Counted from the first letter of the stretch, positions 10,489 through 21,553 are shown. The stretch is 64,000 bases of DNA from an uncultured virus (IMG/VR IMGVR_UViG_3300023054_000005) (IMGVR_UViG_3300023054_000005); one strand, 5' to 3'. Translations and numbers: made by a program. Notes: generated from the sequence alone by a model not told the origin.

Positions 10489-12729
10489 ATGGCTACCGAA
10501 CAAGAATTAAATAACCAAAAATCATTAAATAACGAAATTAAGGAGCAATTATCCTTAGAACAAGAGTTACTTAATATTTTATCCCGTAGAATAGGTATCA
10601 ATTCTCAAACTTTATCTAGTCAACAAGATATAAGTAATGTTCTTTCGGATCAATTAAAACAATTAAAATTTCAATCTACTGAAAGGAGATTATTATTAAA
10701 TACTCTTAATAGTATTAATAGATTAAATAAGGAAAGTTATGGTTTGTCTATAGATATTTTAGGTAATGAGAAAGAATTAACTAAAACTACTAAAGATATA
10801 TCTAAATTAGATAAAGATGTAATATTTTTAAAACAACAACAATTAAAGTTTTCTAAAGAAGAAGATGAATTATCCCAAAACATATCTGAAAATTTAAAAA
10901 TTCAAGTTAAAGAAGCAGAACTTCTTAAAAAAGAATTAAAAATAGTACAAGAAGATTCCCAAAAAGTAGCAGATAATTTTGGAGCCAAAACTTTTGGTGC
11001 TTTATCTGATATAGCAAATAAAATCCCAGGATTAAGTAAATTTTCAAAACCTTTTGATGACGCCGCCGAATCTTCAAGAAAACAAGCTGCTAGTAACCTC
11101 CAAATGTTTGGTTCAGTCAAAGGTGCTTCTAAAGAACAACTTCAAATGCTTAGAACTGGGGAAGGTCTTACTAAAGAATTAGGGGCCCAATTTGGGTTGT
11201 TTGGAAAAAATGGAAAAGCACTTTCAGGTACTGCTGCTGCTGCTAGGGCTCAATCCTTAGGTTTAACTAAAAATTTAAACCCTTTTATGGCTGGGCTTAA
11301 AACTTTAGGTCCGGCAATAGGAGCGGTTTTCAAAAAAGTATTAGGTCCTCTTACTATAATTCTAGAATTATTATCCGCCTTTGGTAGAGTTAACAAAGAA
11401 ACAGTTGAACTTCAAAAAGGAATGGCTTTATCTGCAAATGAAGCTGCTAGTTTTAGATCAAATTTATCCACAGCTGCCAAACAATCAGGAGATATAAATA
11501 TTACTGCTTCTAAATTATTAAAAACATTTAGTGATTTAAACAAACAATTTGGTTTTATAACTAATTTTGCATCTAGTACGTTAGTTACAATGACTAAACT
11601 TACAAATGTAGTAGGTGTATCATCTGAAGCAGCCGGTAATTTGGCTGCAGCCTCAACGTTAACAGGTAAAAGCTTCGAATCAAATTATAAAGATGTATTA
11701 GGAACTAGTTATGAACTTCAACGTCAAGAAGGAGTTCAATTTGATTTAAGAGAAATATTAGAAGAAACAGGTAAAGTAACAGGAACTGTTAGAGCAAATT
11801 TAGGAGCAAATCCTGCAAATATAGCAAAGGCCATTACACAATCTAAACTATTTGGTGCTTCTTTACAACAAGTAGCAAGCGCAGGTAAATCTTTATTAGA
11901 TTTTGAATCATCAATAACATCAGAACTAGAAGCTGAACTATTGTTGGGTCGGGATATTAATCTAGAAAAAGCTAGATTAGCTGCTTTAAATGGTGATCAA
12001 GTTACTTTAGCTAAAGAATTAAGAAAAGAAGCAGGAGATTTTGATAGCTTCATGAAAATGAATGTTCTTCAACAAGAAGCCATAGCTAAAGCTATGGGCA
12101 TGCAATCTGATGAACTTGCTGACATATTATTTAAACAAGATATACAAGGTAAAACAGCTAAAGAATTAAGAGCATTAGGTAAAGATGAACTAGCAGATAG
12201 ATTAGAAGCCCAAACTGTTCAAGACAAATTTAATGCCTCTGTAGAAAAACTTAAAGAAATATTTGCAGACGTAGCTACTGCTTTAATGCCCGTATTTGAA
12301 TTTTTAGGTATGATATTTAATCTTGTAGGAAAAATAGTGAAATTCTTAGAACCTATTATGGGGATTTTAGGGGGTGCCGCAACAGGAGCAATAGCGGGAG
12401 CAGCATTTGGGGGTGTTGGAGCCATCCCTGGAGCAGTTATAGGAGCAATTACAGGAGGAGCATCAGATATTAGTAGAGCATCCAGAGCAGATGATGCTAT
12501 AATCCCTTCAGGATATGGAGAAACCATAATTAAAAAAGGTAAAGACACAATTGCTCTTAACAATAACGATACTGTAGTAGCGGGCACTAATCTAGGAGGA
12601 GGAAACAATTCAGAAGCTAAGGAAACAAATACTTTATTACGCCAAATCCTATCTAAACAAGGTACAATAAAACTAGACTCAACAGACATGGGTACAGCAA
12701 TGTCTGTAAACAGATACGCAATCCAATAA
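10489..12729 (+). CDS. Tape-measure-like protein
   Basis: 746 aa, helical/coiled-coil, Ala/Gly-rich hydrophobic segment near the C-terminus; position in the tail module. Confidence 0.65.
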   Translation: MATEQELNNQKSLNNEIKEQLSLEQELLNILSRRIGINSQTLSSQQDISNVLSDQLKQLKFQSTERRLLLNTLNSINRLNKESYGLSIDILGNEKELTKTTKDISKLDKDVIFLKQQQLKFSKEEDELSQNISENLKIQVKEAELLKKELKIVQEDSQKVADNFGAKTFGALSDIANKIPGLSKFSKPFDDAAESSRKQAASNLQMFGSVKGASKEQLQMLRTGEGLTKELGAQFGLFGKNGKALSGTAAAARAQSLGLTKNLNPFMAGLKTLGPAIGAVFKKVLGPLTIILELLSAFGRVNKETVELQKGMALSANEAASFRSNLSTAAKQSGDINITASKLLKTFSDLNKQFGFITNFASSTLVTMTKLTNVVGVSSEAAGNLAAASTLTGKSFESNYKDVLGTSYELQRQEGVQFDLREILEETGKVTGTVRANLGANPANIAKAITQSKLFGASLQQVASAGKSLLDFESSITSELEAELLLGRDINLEKARLAALNGDQVTLAKELRKEAGDFDSFMKMNVLQQEAIAKAMGMQSDELADILFKQDIQGKTAKELRALGKDELADRLEAQTVQDKFNASVEKLKEIFADVATALMPVFEFLGMIFNLVGKIVKFLEPIMGILGGAATGAIAGAAFGGVGAIPGAVIGAITGGASDISRASRADDAIIPSGYGETIIKKGKDTIALNNNDTVVAGTNLGGGNNSEAKETNTLLRQILSKQGTIKLDSTDMGTAMSVNRYAIQ

Positions 12730-12751
12730 CATTCAATATTTATAGTAGAAT

Positions 12752-14845
12752 ATGTTAGTTAATTTAAGAACGAATTTAAAATCTTTACGTTATGGTAAAG
12801 ATAGAATAGGAGGGGGGAGTAGTAACCAACCTTATATTAAATCTAAACTTCCTTCAAATGAAGGGGATTTAGTTTCTACGGGAGGTCCTGACTTTCTCTT
12901 AAGAGGAGGATTATTAACACCTGGTAGAATTTTAAAAGATACATCTCGTTTAACACAGATGTTTTTTGATTTTAAATCACCAAATGGTTTATTATTTACT
13001 GTAAAACAAAATATATTATCGCGTAGCTCGGTAGCAACCAATGGAGAAGGTGCCATATTAAATAACGGTATCTATTTGCCTACTTCTACCATATTATCTG
13101 CTGCAGGGGCTCCTTTAGGATTACATTTAAATAAACAAGGTTTAAATCCACTTAAGGGGATTGGGAAAGGAAACAATAATTTTATTAATTCTATATTAGA
13201 TTTTGATCCTTTAGGTCAACCTTATTATAAAGATTTAGTTAACAAAAAAAGCAAAAGTAGATTAGAGGGTTATTTAAATAAACACATTTTAACTACTTCA
13301 TCTGGAAACTTATATGACTATTCAGGAGGACCAGGTTCAATATTGGGGATAGGGAGAACTAAAATTAAATTACTTTCCCCAAATGATAGAACCGGTATAA
13401 ATAATCCCAATTTAAATTATACCCCAGTTAAAATAGGATGGAGTAGTGATGTAAACTTTTCTCAATCTCAAAATTTTACACCAAGTCCAATTGATGGCAA
13501 ATTTAATTTTAATTTTAATTCACCACAAAACTCATTTACATCTAGTACTCTTACATTTGGTTCTACTTTAAATAATCAAAACAACACTAGTTATATATCT
13601 TCTATATTCCCATTTCAAACCCCCTTTACACGTAGAGAAGAAGGAAAAGAATATGACAATAAAATTAACAATGACCAATTTTTAAGAGTTGGTGCTTCTC
13701 CAAAGTACGCAAGTTTATTAGGAGGCTCTATTCCAAACATGGATTTAGATAATCTAAAAAATGTATTCCAATCAAATGGTAAAGCTTCACCTCCACCATC
13801 AGTATATAAGCCTAATACTCTTAAAACTAATACCCAAATAGCAGGAAGTAACACTCTTACTCAGGAACAAATAATATTAAAAACATCTTCTAGGTTTGAA
13901 CCTAAAATAGGACCTAATATCCTAAACCCCAAAGGATATTCTAGATTAGATTATAATAAAGCAGGAAATATAGAAATAAGAGTAAATTTAGGAAACCCTG
14001 GAAAGAAAGAAAAAGATGATAGTGTAGTATTAGATACTATTAATTATAGGCAAATATATAAAACATTACCTAATCAAAATGTATCAAATGTTCCTGCTGT
14101 AAATGACCTTGTTAAATTTAGAATAGGTGTTATAGATAATGAAGACCCTACTAAAAAAACTAATATTCATTTCCGAGCTTTTATAGATTCGATGAGTGAT
14201 TCTTATTCTGCAGATTGGCAATCCCAAAAATTTATGGGAAGAGGTGAAAACTTTTATAGATATAATGGGTTTGACAGATCAATTTCATTATCTTGGACGG
14301 TAGTTGCCCAATCAAAAGCAGAACTAATACCTATGTATCAAAAATTAAACTATTTAGCCTCAGTATGTGCTCCTGATTATTCAAAATTAGGATATATGCG
14401 TGGTAATTTAGTAAAATTAACAATTGGTGGGTACTTATACGAACAGGTTGGAATAATGACCTCTATTACATACGATGTGCCTCAAGAGTCACCATGGGAA
14501 ATTGCAATCCCTTATGGGTCAGCAAAAGAATCTTCACCTCTAGAAGTAGAATCAGATGATAGTGTAAAAGAATTACCCCACATGATTAAAGTAACAGGAT
14601 TCAAATTTATCCCAATCCATGATTTTGTACCTGCTGTACAAAAGAATACATTTGGTAAGAATAATGAAGGAGAATTAACTAAATATGGTGATGAAAGATA
14701 TATAGCATTAAGTAATGGTTTAACAACAAATTATAATTTAAATACCAAGATTAAACCCATCCCTTTTCCGTTAACCTCTACTTTTAAACCCTTAACACTC
14801 CAACCTTTAGTTTCTTCAACTTCATTGTCAACTGGGTTGGTATGA
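12752..14845 (+). CDS. Baseplate/tail-tube initiator-like structural protein
   Basis: C-terminal FRAFI...W....MGRGE.FY.Y.GFDR and LTIG motifs; tail module context. Confidence 0.55.
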   Translation: MLVNLRTNLKSLRYGKDRIGGGSSNQPYIKSKLPSNEGDLVSTGGPDFLLRGGLLTPGRILKDTSRLTQMFFDFKSPNGLLFTVKQNILSRSSVATNGEGAILNNGIYLPTSTILSAAGAPLGLHLNKQGLNPLKGIGKGNNNFINSILDFDPLGQPYYKDLVNKKSKSRLEGYLNKHILTTSSGNLYDYSGGPGSILGIGRTKIKLLSPNDRTGINNPNLNYTPVKIGWSSDVNFSQSQNFTPSPIDGKFNFNFNSPQNSFTSSTLTFGSTLNNQNNTSYISSIFPFQTPFTRREEGKEYDNKINNDQFLRVGASPKYASLLGGSIPNMDLDNLKNVFQSNGKASPPPSVYKPNTLKTNTQIAGSNTLTQEQIILKTSSRFEPKIGPNILNPKGYSRLDYNKAGNIEIRVNLGNPGKKEKDDSVVLDTINYRQIYKTLPNQNVSNVPAVNDLVKFRIGVIDNEDPTKKTNIHFRAFIDSMSDSYSADWQSQKFMGRGENFYRYNGFDRSISLSWTVVAQSKAELIPMYQKLNYLASVCAPDYSKLGYMRGNLVKLTIGGYLYEQVGIMTSITYDVPQESPWEIAIPYGSAKESSPLEVESDDSVKELPHMIKVTGFKFIPIHDFVPAVQKNTFGKNNEGELTKYGDERYIALSNGLTTNYNLNTKIKPIPFPLTSTFKPLTLQPLVSSTSLSTGLV

Positions 14846-14866
14846 CCAACATAAATTTAAAATTAA

Positions 14867-15169
14867 ATGGGTAGATATACACAAATACCAACAACAATCT
14901 CAACTAAAGGAAAGACATTTAGAACAATAACTAAATATCCGGATATTCCTTTAAGTTTTAGTGATATTTACGTTTATACAACTGTGGGAGACAGATTTGA
15001 TACTTTAGCTCAAACTTATTATAGTAATTCCTCACTATGGTGGGTAATTTCTATAGCAAACCCACAATTAAAACAAAATTCATATTATCCACCCGTTGGT
15101 TCTCAATTAAGAATACCAACAAATATAAGTCAAATTACATCTTTATTTAATGAATTAAATAATAACTAG
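14867..15169 (+). CDS. LysM/gp53-like baseplate wedge protein
   Basis: GDRFDTLAQTYY...LWWVISIAN...G.QLRIP. Confidence 0.75.
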   Translation: MGRYTQIPTTISTKGKTFRTITKYPDIPLSFSDIYVYTTVGDRFDTLAQTYYSNSSLWWVISIANPQLKQNSYYPPVGSQLRIPTNISQITSLFNELNNN

Positions 15170-15171
15170 TT

Positions 15172-18100
15172 ATGGAACAAGGGAATATCCTAGGTGAAGA
15201 ATTTAAACAATACGTTTTTGATCAAATAGATATAAGACAAAAATTAAATGGTGCGGGGAGTGTAGGATCTTCTATAAATAGAACAAACAACACAACACTA
15301 TTAACTTATTTAAATAATAGAAATGCTTGGGTCAAAATGGCTTCAGGTGTAGCTTTAGTTGATAAAATTGATGGGAAAAATCTACCTGAAAAAAGTACGG
15401 GAATATCTAGATTAACTTCTATATCTAAAGATTTAGGTGATCCGTCTTCAAAAATTGGTTATATTAAATATAATGGTCAGGGTTTAGCTAAAAACTTTGT
15501 ATTATTTAATACTTTATCTAATCTTAACTTTAAAAAAGGAACTCAAGATTTTTCTGATTATACTTTTAGAAGGGGTATACAAACCTCCCAACAATCTTGG
15601 TTAGATGTAGATTCTTCTTACGGTTTTGGAGGTACAGAAATGGGCCTACAACCCACCCCAGGTATAATAGATGTATCTATAGATTGTGTAAATAGAGGCT
15701 CAATTCGTAAAGCAACTGTAACTTTAAAAGCATTCAATAGATACCAATTTTCTATTATAGAAATGCTTTACTTAAGATTAGGTTACACTATGATGTTAGA
15801 ATGGGGATGGGATAAATATATTAAGGAAATAAAACAAGATGGTACCTTTACTATAGAAGAGACAGGAAATACCATTATAGAAGATTTATGGTTTAAAAAC
15901 GAAACTTATACCCCTTCTAAAATGATTCAAGCTATAGAAAGATATAGAAGCGATATATATCATGGTAATTATGATGGGTTTTTCGGTAAAGTAAATAACT
16001 TTACATGGAATTTTAATCCCGATGGTAGTTATGATATAACAATAAACTTAATTACAGTTGGAGATGTAGTAGAATCTTTAAAGGTTAACACTAGTGCCCC
16101 AATAGCAGGTAAAGAGGAATTAACCTTAAATCAAACTAAATTAAAAGCTAAAGGTTTTGATGAGGAATCTTTAAATTATCTTTCTATGGGTAATGACGTA
16201 GTAAGTCGATATCTTAATAAAAAAATAATTAATCATGATAAAAATACTAAAGATTCCCCTCTAATTTCATATAAAGATATCCCAGGTGTAACTGAAGCAG
16301 TATATGGTAAACCTTTACCTAAAGGAGAATTCAATTATTTTATAAGACTTGGACTCTTTTTAGATAATCTAACAGACCTAGTAATCCCTAAAGCTTCAGA
16401 AAATGAAAGTATTATATCCATAGAAACATCACCTGAAGATAATTATATAAAAACATATTTTAATCAACTTCCATTTGACCCCAAAGTGTGTTTATTTACA
16501 ATGAAGTGGGGGAAAAACTTTTTAGATTCTTATCAAAATTTAAAAGATAAATCACCCTTTAGTAAAATCAATGTAGGTTTACCCCAAAAGTTTATGGTAG
16601 AAAAAGATGGTTTTACTGCCGGCAAATTAATGAATGTGTATTTAAATGTTAATTTTCTTCTAAAAATTTTAAAAGATAATGTAGATGAAAATGGAAACTT
16701 AAGTCTTTATACTTTAGTTGAATCCATATGTAATGGTTTAAATCAATCTTTAGGAGGATTTAACAATTTAGAACCTGTAATTAAAGATGATAAAACTTTA
16801 GTTATTATAGACCAAAACCCAATCCCGGGGTTAAGTAAATTTATCCAAAAATCCCCACCATCACCAAAGACAAATCCAAAAATAGAAGTTTTTGGTTATA
16901 ATGGTGGAAAATCCAACTTTTTAAAAGATATAAAATTTCAAACAAAAATAGACAACTCTATGGCTAGTATGATTTCTATTGGGGCTACAGCCGATGGTAA
17001 ATCAACTAAAAATTCTGATGCTACTGCTTTTTCTAAATGGAATATAGGTTTAAAAGATAGATTTCAACTCCAATATAAAGACCCCATACCATTCCTCTCT
17101 TCTAAAGATAAAACATCTACCGGTACAGATTTAATTCAATATAAAAAGGATGCATATAATTATGCCTTAGCAACCCTTGAGAGTGACTCAAGTAATGCTA
17201 AATGGATTTTACCTTATTCATCCAGTTACCCTACTACAAGTGGTCGTAAGTGGATTGGTTATAAAGATCAATTAGGTACTAAAGAAGATGTTGCTAGAAA
17301 ATTTGTACAAGATACTACTAAGAAAAAAATAGAATTAGATGCTAAAACATATGAGGAAAATGAAATAGAAAGAATAACACAAAATACATATGCAGGTTGT
17401 TTACATGATATATTCGGTGCAAATTTCCCTTATACTTTTAGTAATGGAACTGCAAAAAAAGAATTTAACATATCAAAAAAATATAATAAATTATTTATTG
17501 ATGATGATTTAATAAATAGGGGTAAATCCACCTTTAAATCTTATATAGATACTTTATCCCAAAACCAATTTAAAGAAACCCAAGAAGCCTCAGGCAACAT
17601 AGGGTTTATCCCTGTATCTTTTGATCTTACTTTGGAAGGACTTTCGGGTGTAAAGATATATAATAAATTAAATATAGATACTAGATTTTTACCTCCTAAC
17701 TATGGGGAAGCTCTTGATTTTTTAGTTACCAAAATAAACCATAGAATATCTGGCAATAATTGGGATACCGTATTAGGAACAATTTCTACGTCTAATTTAA
17801 AAGATAATACTTCTAATGGCATATCAAGTGTTACAAATGTTAGTGGAGATCTTCCTGAAGTCATAGTAACAGATTTTAGTGGGAATAGAGGAGGAACAAC
17901 TAAACAAATATTAGGAACTACATATACAAACGGAGAAATCCCAAATAATAAATTACGTACTATTAATAATGAATTTGAATATAAAGGATATATTCAAAGT
18001 GATGAAAAGAGAATCCGTTTATTCACCGAAGCATCTTTAGCCTTAGATAAGTTATTAGAACAAGCTAAAAAAGATAACATTCAATTTAAAATCAACAGTG

Positions 18101-18462
18101 CTTATAGGACGTATGATGATCAAGAAAGAGTCTTTAAACAAAATTGCTCAAATCTACCAGCAAGAGGTGCAAAATGCCAACCAATATCTGGAAAAGGTGC
18201 AGCAGCATCCCCAGGATCATCAAATCATGGTTTTGGTGTAGCTGTAGATTTTGCAACTCTCTCTTTTTCCGCAATAAAACCACAAGACCCCCAATACAAA
18301 TGGTTAGCAAAAAACGCAATAAAATTTGGTTTTAAACGTCTAAATCCAAAAACAAGAGATGAAAGTTGGGAAGCTTGGCATTGGGAGTACCAAATCAGTA
18401 GTGTAAGTGATACTCAATCTAATATTTTAGCAGCAACATCAATTTTCAACAACCTTTTTTAA
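15172..18462 (+). CDS. Baseplate hub-like protein with C-terminal M15 (VanY-like) peptidase
   Basis: C-terminal SAYRT..Q, A.PG.SNHGFGVAVD and EAWHWEY zinc-peptidase motifs. Confidence 0.75.
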   Translation: MEQGNILGEEFKQYVFDQIDIRQKLNGAGSVGSSINRTNNTTLLTYLNNRNAWVKMASGVALVDKIDGKNLPEKSTGISRLTSISKDLGDPSSKIGYIKYNGQGLAKNFVLFNTLSNLNFKKGTQDFSDYTFRRGIQTSQQSWLDVDSSYGFGGTEMGLQPTPGIIDVSIDCVNRGSIRKATVTLKAFNRYQFSIIEMLYLRLGYTMMLEWGWDKYIKEIKQDGTFTIEETGNTIIEDLWFKNETYTPSKMIQAIERYRSDIYHGNYDGFFGKVNNFTWNFNPDGSYDITINLITVGDVVESLKVNTSAPIAGKEELTLNQTKLKAKGFDEESLNYLSMGNDVVSRYLNKKIINHDKNTKDSPLISYKDIPGVTEAVYGKPLPKGEFNYFIRLGLFLDNLTDLVIPKASENESIISIETSPEDNYIKTYFNQLPFDPKVCLFTMKWGKNFLDSYQNLKDKSPFSKINVGLPQKFMVEKDGFTAGKLMNVYLNVNFLLKILKDNVDENGNLSLYTLVESICNGLNQSLGGFNNLEPVIKDDKTLVIIDQNPIPGLSKFIQKSPPSPKTNPKIEVFGYNGGKSNFLKDIKFQTKIDNSMASMISIGATADGKSTKNSDATAFSKWNIGLKDRFQLQYKDPIPFLSSKDKTSTGTDLIQYKKDAYNYALATLESDSSNAKWILPYSSSYPTTSGRKWIGYKDQLGTKEDVARKFVQDTTKKKIELDAKTYEENEIERITQNTYAGCLHDIFGANFPYTFSNGTAKKEFNISKKYNKLFIDDDLINRGKSTFKSYIDTLSQNQFKETQEASGNIGFIPVSFDLTLEGLSGVKIYNKLNIDTRFLPPNYGEALDFLVTKINHRISGNNWDTVLGTISTSNLKDNTSNGISSVTNVSGDLPEVIVTDFSGNRGGTTKQILGTTYTNGEIPNNKLRTINNEFEYKGYIQSDEKRIRLFTEASLALDKLLEQAKKDNIQFKINSAYRTYDDQERVFKQNCSNLPARGAKCQPISGKGAAASPGSSNHGFGVAVDFATLSFSAIKPQDPQYKWLAKNAIKFGFKRLNPKTRDESWEAWHWEYQISSVSDTQSNILAATSIFNNLF

Positions 18463-18472
18463 TACTTAATTT

Positions 18473-19084
18473 ATGTATTTCCCAAAATCACAAATAAAAA
18501 CAAATTTATCTACATCTGGTGAAGAATTTATAATTGAAGCCACAGGAGAAGAATATATTGGTTCTTATTTTTCAACATCTACTGGTGCCTATTATACGGG
18601 TAAAAACCCACAAGACCAACCTGTAAGACTTTTAATAGAACTAGAATCAAAAATTATAAATGATCAAAGTTTAGGCCTTGCCAATCTTTCCCTAATTTCT
18701 AAAACAAAAACAACAATATGGACTTGGGATTATTTAAACACCCCCCTCCCAAATACCGTTACACCATCTCAACCCATCAGAATCTATCCTCAACCAACAG
18801 AATCCGATTATAAATTAGGTGAATTTCAAAGATATTTTTTAAGTAAAACAAACGAACCTAAATTCATAGAGGTAAACAAAGAACAATATCAAAAATATGT
18901 AAATAGAGATGAAATGGTAGCATATCAATTATATGAACCAATTACATTACCCTGGGACATAACCGGAGATAGAAATCAAGTGTATAATACAAATAAAAAT
19001 ATTGTTGAAAAATCCCAAAGAGATAATAGGTTAAGAGGTTTTACATCTTACTTTAAAGAAAGATACGACCAATTCTGCAAATAA
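18473..19084 (+). CDS. Hypothetical structural-module protein
   Basis: 203-aa ORF at the end of the tail operon. Confidence 0.65.
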   Translation: MYFPKSQIKTNLSTSGEEFIIEATGEEYIGSYFSTSTGAYYTGKNPQDQPVRLLIELESKIINDQSLGLANLSLISKTKTTIWTWDYLNTPLPNTVTPSQPIRIYPQPTESDYKLGEFQRYFLSKTNEPKFIEVNKEQYQKYVNRDEMVAYQLYEPITLPWDITGDRNQVYNTNKNIVEKSQRDNRLRGFTSYFKERYDQFCK

Positions 19085-19196
19085 ATGTTGATATCTTAAT
19101 TTACTTTCATATATTTATACCAAATAACAAATAACAAACAACAAATAACTAGGCTCCCATAGGGAGCCTTATTACATTACCAACAAAAGGTTATAA

Positions 19197-20489
19197 ATGT
19201 ATTGGTTAATAGAAACAGAAGAGCAATTAAGGTGTTTCCACAATAGTGGTTATAAGGAGGCATTCATAGAAGTAATACCATACAATGATAATATACACCC
19301 AACACAAAACCACATATCTTTAGTGTATATTAGACCAAATGAATCAAGCAAGGGGTTTATGTTAGGGGTCAACCATAGTGAAACTTTAAACGAATTAAAC
19401 ACGTATGAAACAGACATATTTGACATACTAAAAAACTTTGAAGTTCTATATTGTAGAGATAAAAAGGAAATATTACATTATTTTCCTCTAAAAACACTTT
19501 GGAACACCACACCACCCCCCACTACGTATATACGACCTACAACACAAACACATGAATTATATTATAGACAACATGGTGATAACCCAAATATAAACCAAAT
19601 TATCCCGGTTGTTAAACATTATGAATTATGTGAAACGATATTCAGAGATTTAAAAACAACTATAAACCAATGTAAAACAAAATACAATGAATTCTTTAAT
19701 AATAAAGTATCAATGGTATTCAACGCAATCGAGCGAAGTGGAATTAAAGTACATGTACCAACCTTCGAAGAATATTTCCACCCCCTATCAGGTGAGGAAT
19801 ACGTCTACACTCAATATAACTTAAAAACAACAACAACAAGACCCTCAAATAAATTTAAAAACGTAAATTATGCCGCACTTAATAAAGAAAATGGATGCAG
19901 AAAAAGTTTTATACCACGTAATAACAGGTTTGTGGAACTCGATGTTAAAAGTATGCATGTGGTTATTTTATCTAAACTTATAGATTATAAAATACCCTCT
20001 GGGGGTATATATGAATACTTAGGGGAAATTTACGGCTTAGGGAGGAAAGAGGCAAAAATATTAACTCTAAAACAAATAAATAGTAGTACTTTAGAAGAAT
20101 ATAAAGATTTAGAATTTTTCCAAAAAATATCATTATATAAAAAAAATTTATGGGATGAATATAATAAGCAAGGATATATAGTATGTCCCATATCTGGTTA
20201 TATTTTATCTAAAATCAATCATGTTAATATGAACCCTGGGAAAATTTTAAATTATTTATTACAATGTCTTGAATCTTCTATGCAAGTAACAATTTTATGG
20301 GAGGTGCTTAGTAAGTTAAGGGGTTTTGATTCAAAACTAATTTTATATGTATATGATTCAATACTTTTAGACATAAGGGATAGTGAAATGGGTGTTGTCC
20401 TAAATATAATTAAGAACATATATACGAATTATGGGTTTGAATTAAATTATAAGGAAGGAGAAAATTACCATTCTCTGGTCTCCCCCTAG
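19197..20489 (+). CDS. Divergent, truncated family A DNA polymerase-like protein
   Basis: IERSGI, T.T.RPS, RKSFIP..N.FVELD (motif A), RKEAK (motif B), LYVYDSIL (motif C-like). Confidence 0.6.
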   Translation: MYWLIETEEQLRCFHNSGYKEAFIEVIPYNDNIHPTQNHISLVYIRPNESSKGFMLGVNHSETLNELNTYETDIFDILKNFEVLYCRDKKEILHYFPLKTLWNTTPPPTTYIRPTTQTHELYYRQHGDNPNINQIIPVVKHYELCETIFRDLKTTINQCKTKYNEFFNNKVSMVFNAIERSGIKVHVPTFEEYFHPLSGEEYVYTQYNLKTTTTRPSNKFKNVNYAALNKENGCRKSFIPRNNRFVELDVKSMHVVILSKLIDYKIPSGGIYEYLGEIYGLGRKEAKILTLKQINSSTLEEYKDLEFFQKISLYKKNLWDEYNKQGYIVCPISGYILSKINHVNMNPGKILNYLLQCLESSMQVTILWEVLSKLRGFDSKLILYVYDSILLDIRDSEMGVVLNIIKNIYTNYGFELNYKEGENYHSLVSP

Positions 20490-20511
20490 TTTTTCTAATG
20501 TGTATAATAAA

Positions 20512-20693
20512 ATGAAGAAATGTTCTAAATGTGGGGAAATACAAGAAATTTACACTTTATTCCTGCTTTAGAAAATTGGAGTAAGAAAAATAATTTTAAT
20601 TCTCCAATTAATGGGGAGTATAATATATTAGTTAAAAATTATATAGAAGACGAATTGAAACCCCATATAAAAATATTAGGTGGGTCTAAGTAA
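20512..20693 (+). pseudogene. Internally deleted HNH-endonuclease remnant
   Basis: MKKCSKCGE start joined out of frame to RNLHFIPALENWSKKN..., the two typical ends of phage HNH proteins. Confidence 0.5.
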
Positions 20694-20738
20694 GGGTTGT
20701 ATATTTACATATAAATTATAAATTAAAAGTAAAGGAAA

Positions 20739-21215
20739 ATGAAGGAAGCAGTTACAACTTTAGATAAATCCCCATATATGTATAATTCGAGTTATGATAT
20801 TATAACCGAATTGAAAAATGTTGGTGATTTGAACAATAAATTATTTGCAACTTTTACTAATACCGAGGAATTAGATAAGTTAATAGAAGATATAAAATCT
20901 AAATATGACATAATGTACAATAAGATATTTGTACTTGCCATTGAAGATAAAGACGAATATGTAGTTACATACAATGTAGATCAAGGGAATGTTAATACCA
21001 TCCCAGATAATACTATTCTAGTGCATAGGAAAAAGGATTCTAATACCTTATATACTATTAATGCTTTAAATCAATTGATTAAGAGTTTGAATGGTGGTGT
21101 GGTAGATCCTAGATATAGAATTGAGTGGAAACACTATAAAAATTGTATATTACTTACTCAAAACAACGAGTTGGCACAATTGAATACTAAAATACATAAA
21201 ATAATAGAGTTATAA
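20739..21215 (+). CDS. Conserved hypothetical phage protein
   Basis: 158-aa ORF (HRKKDSNTLYTINALN) behind a promoter motif. Confidence 0.7.
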   Translation: MKEAVTTLDKSPYMYNSSYDIITELKNVGDLNNKLFATFTNTEELDKLIEDIKSKYDIMYNKIFVLAIEDKDEYVVTYNVDQGNVNTIPDNTILVHRKKDSNTLYTINALNQLIKSLNGGVVDPRYRIEWKHYKNCILLTQNNELAQLNTKIHKIIEL

Positions 21216-21553
21216 TGAAAGAATTAAACACATTTAGAAAATACTTAGCAGAAGGAGAAATTAGAGAAGATAACATCCTTTCCTTCCTTAAACAAAATAA
21301 AGCAGAATTTATAGGTAAGTTAGCCCAAGAGCTTCGATTTGATGAAGATGATAAAGAAGAGTATAATGGGATGGAAATTGAAGTAGGTGGAGATAGTGAA
21401 GGTGAACTAGACAATGCAATAGCAGGATTTGGTGAAGCAGGTTTAGATTTCTCTTTTGATAAAAGCAAAGTAGAAGATATTTTTGGTGATGCATATAATT
21501 TCACTTTGGAAGTAGGAGGAAAAACACTTTATGCTATATCATACAACGTCTAA
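21215..21553 (+). CDS. Acidic hypothetical protein
   Basis: 112 aa, coupled to the previous gene through TAATG. Confidence 0.6.
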   Translation: MKELNTFRKYLAEGEIREDNILSFLKQNKAEFIGKLAQELRFDEDDKEEYNGMEIEVGGDSEGELDNAIAGFGEAGLDFSFDKSKVEDIFGDAYNFTLEVGGKTLYAISYNV

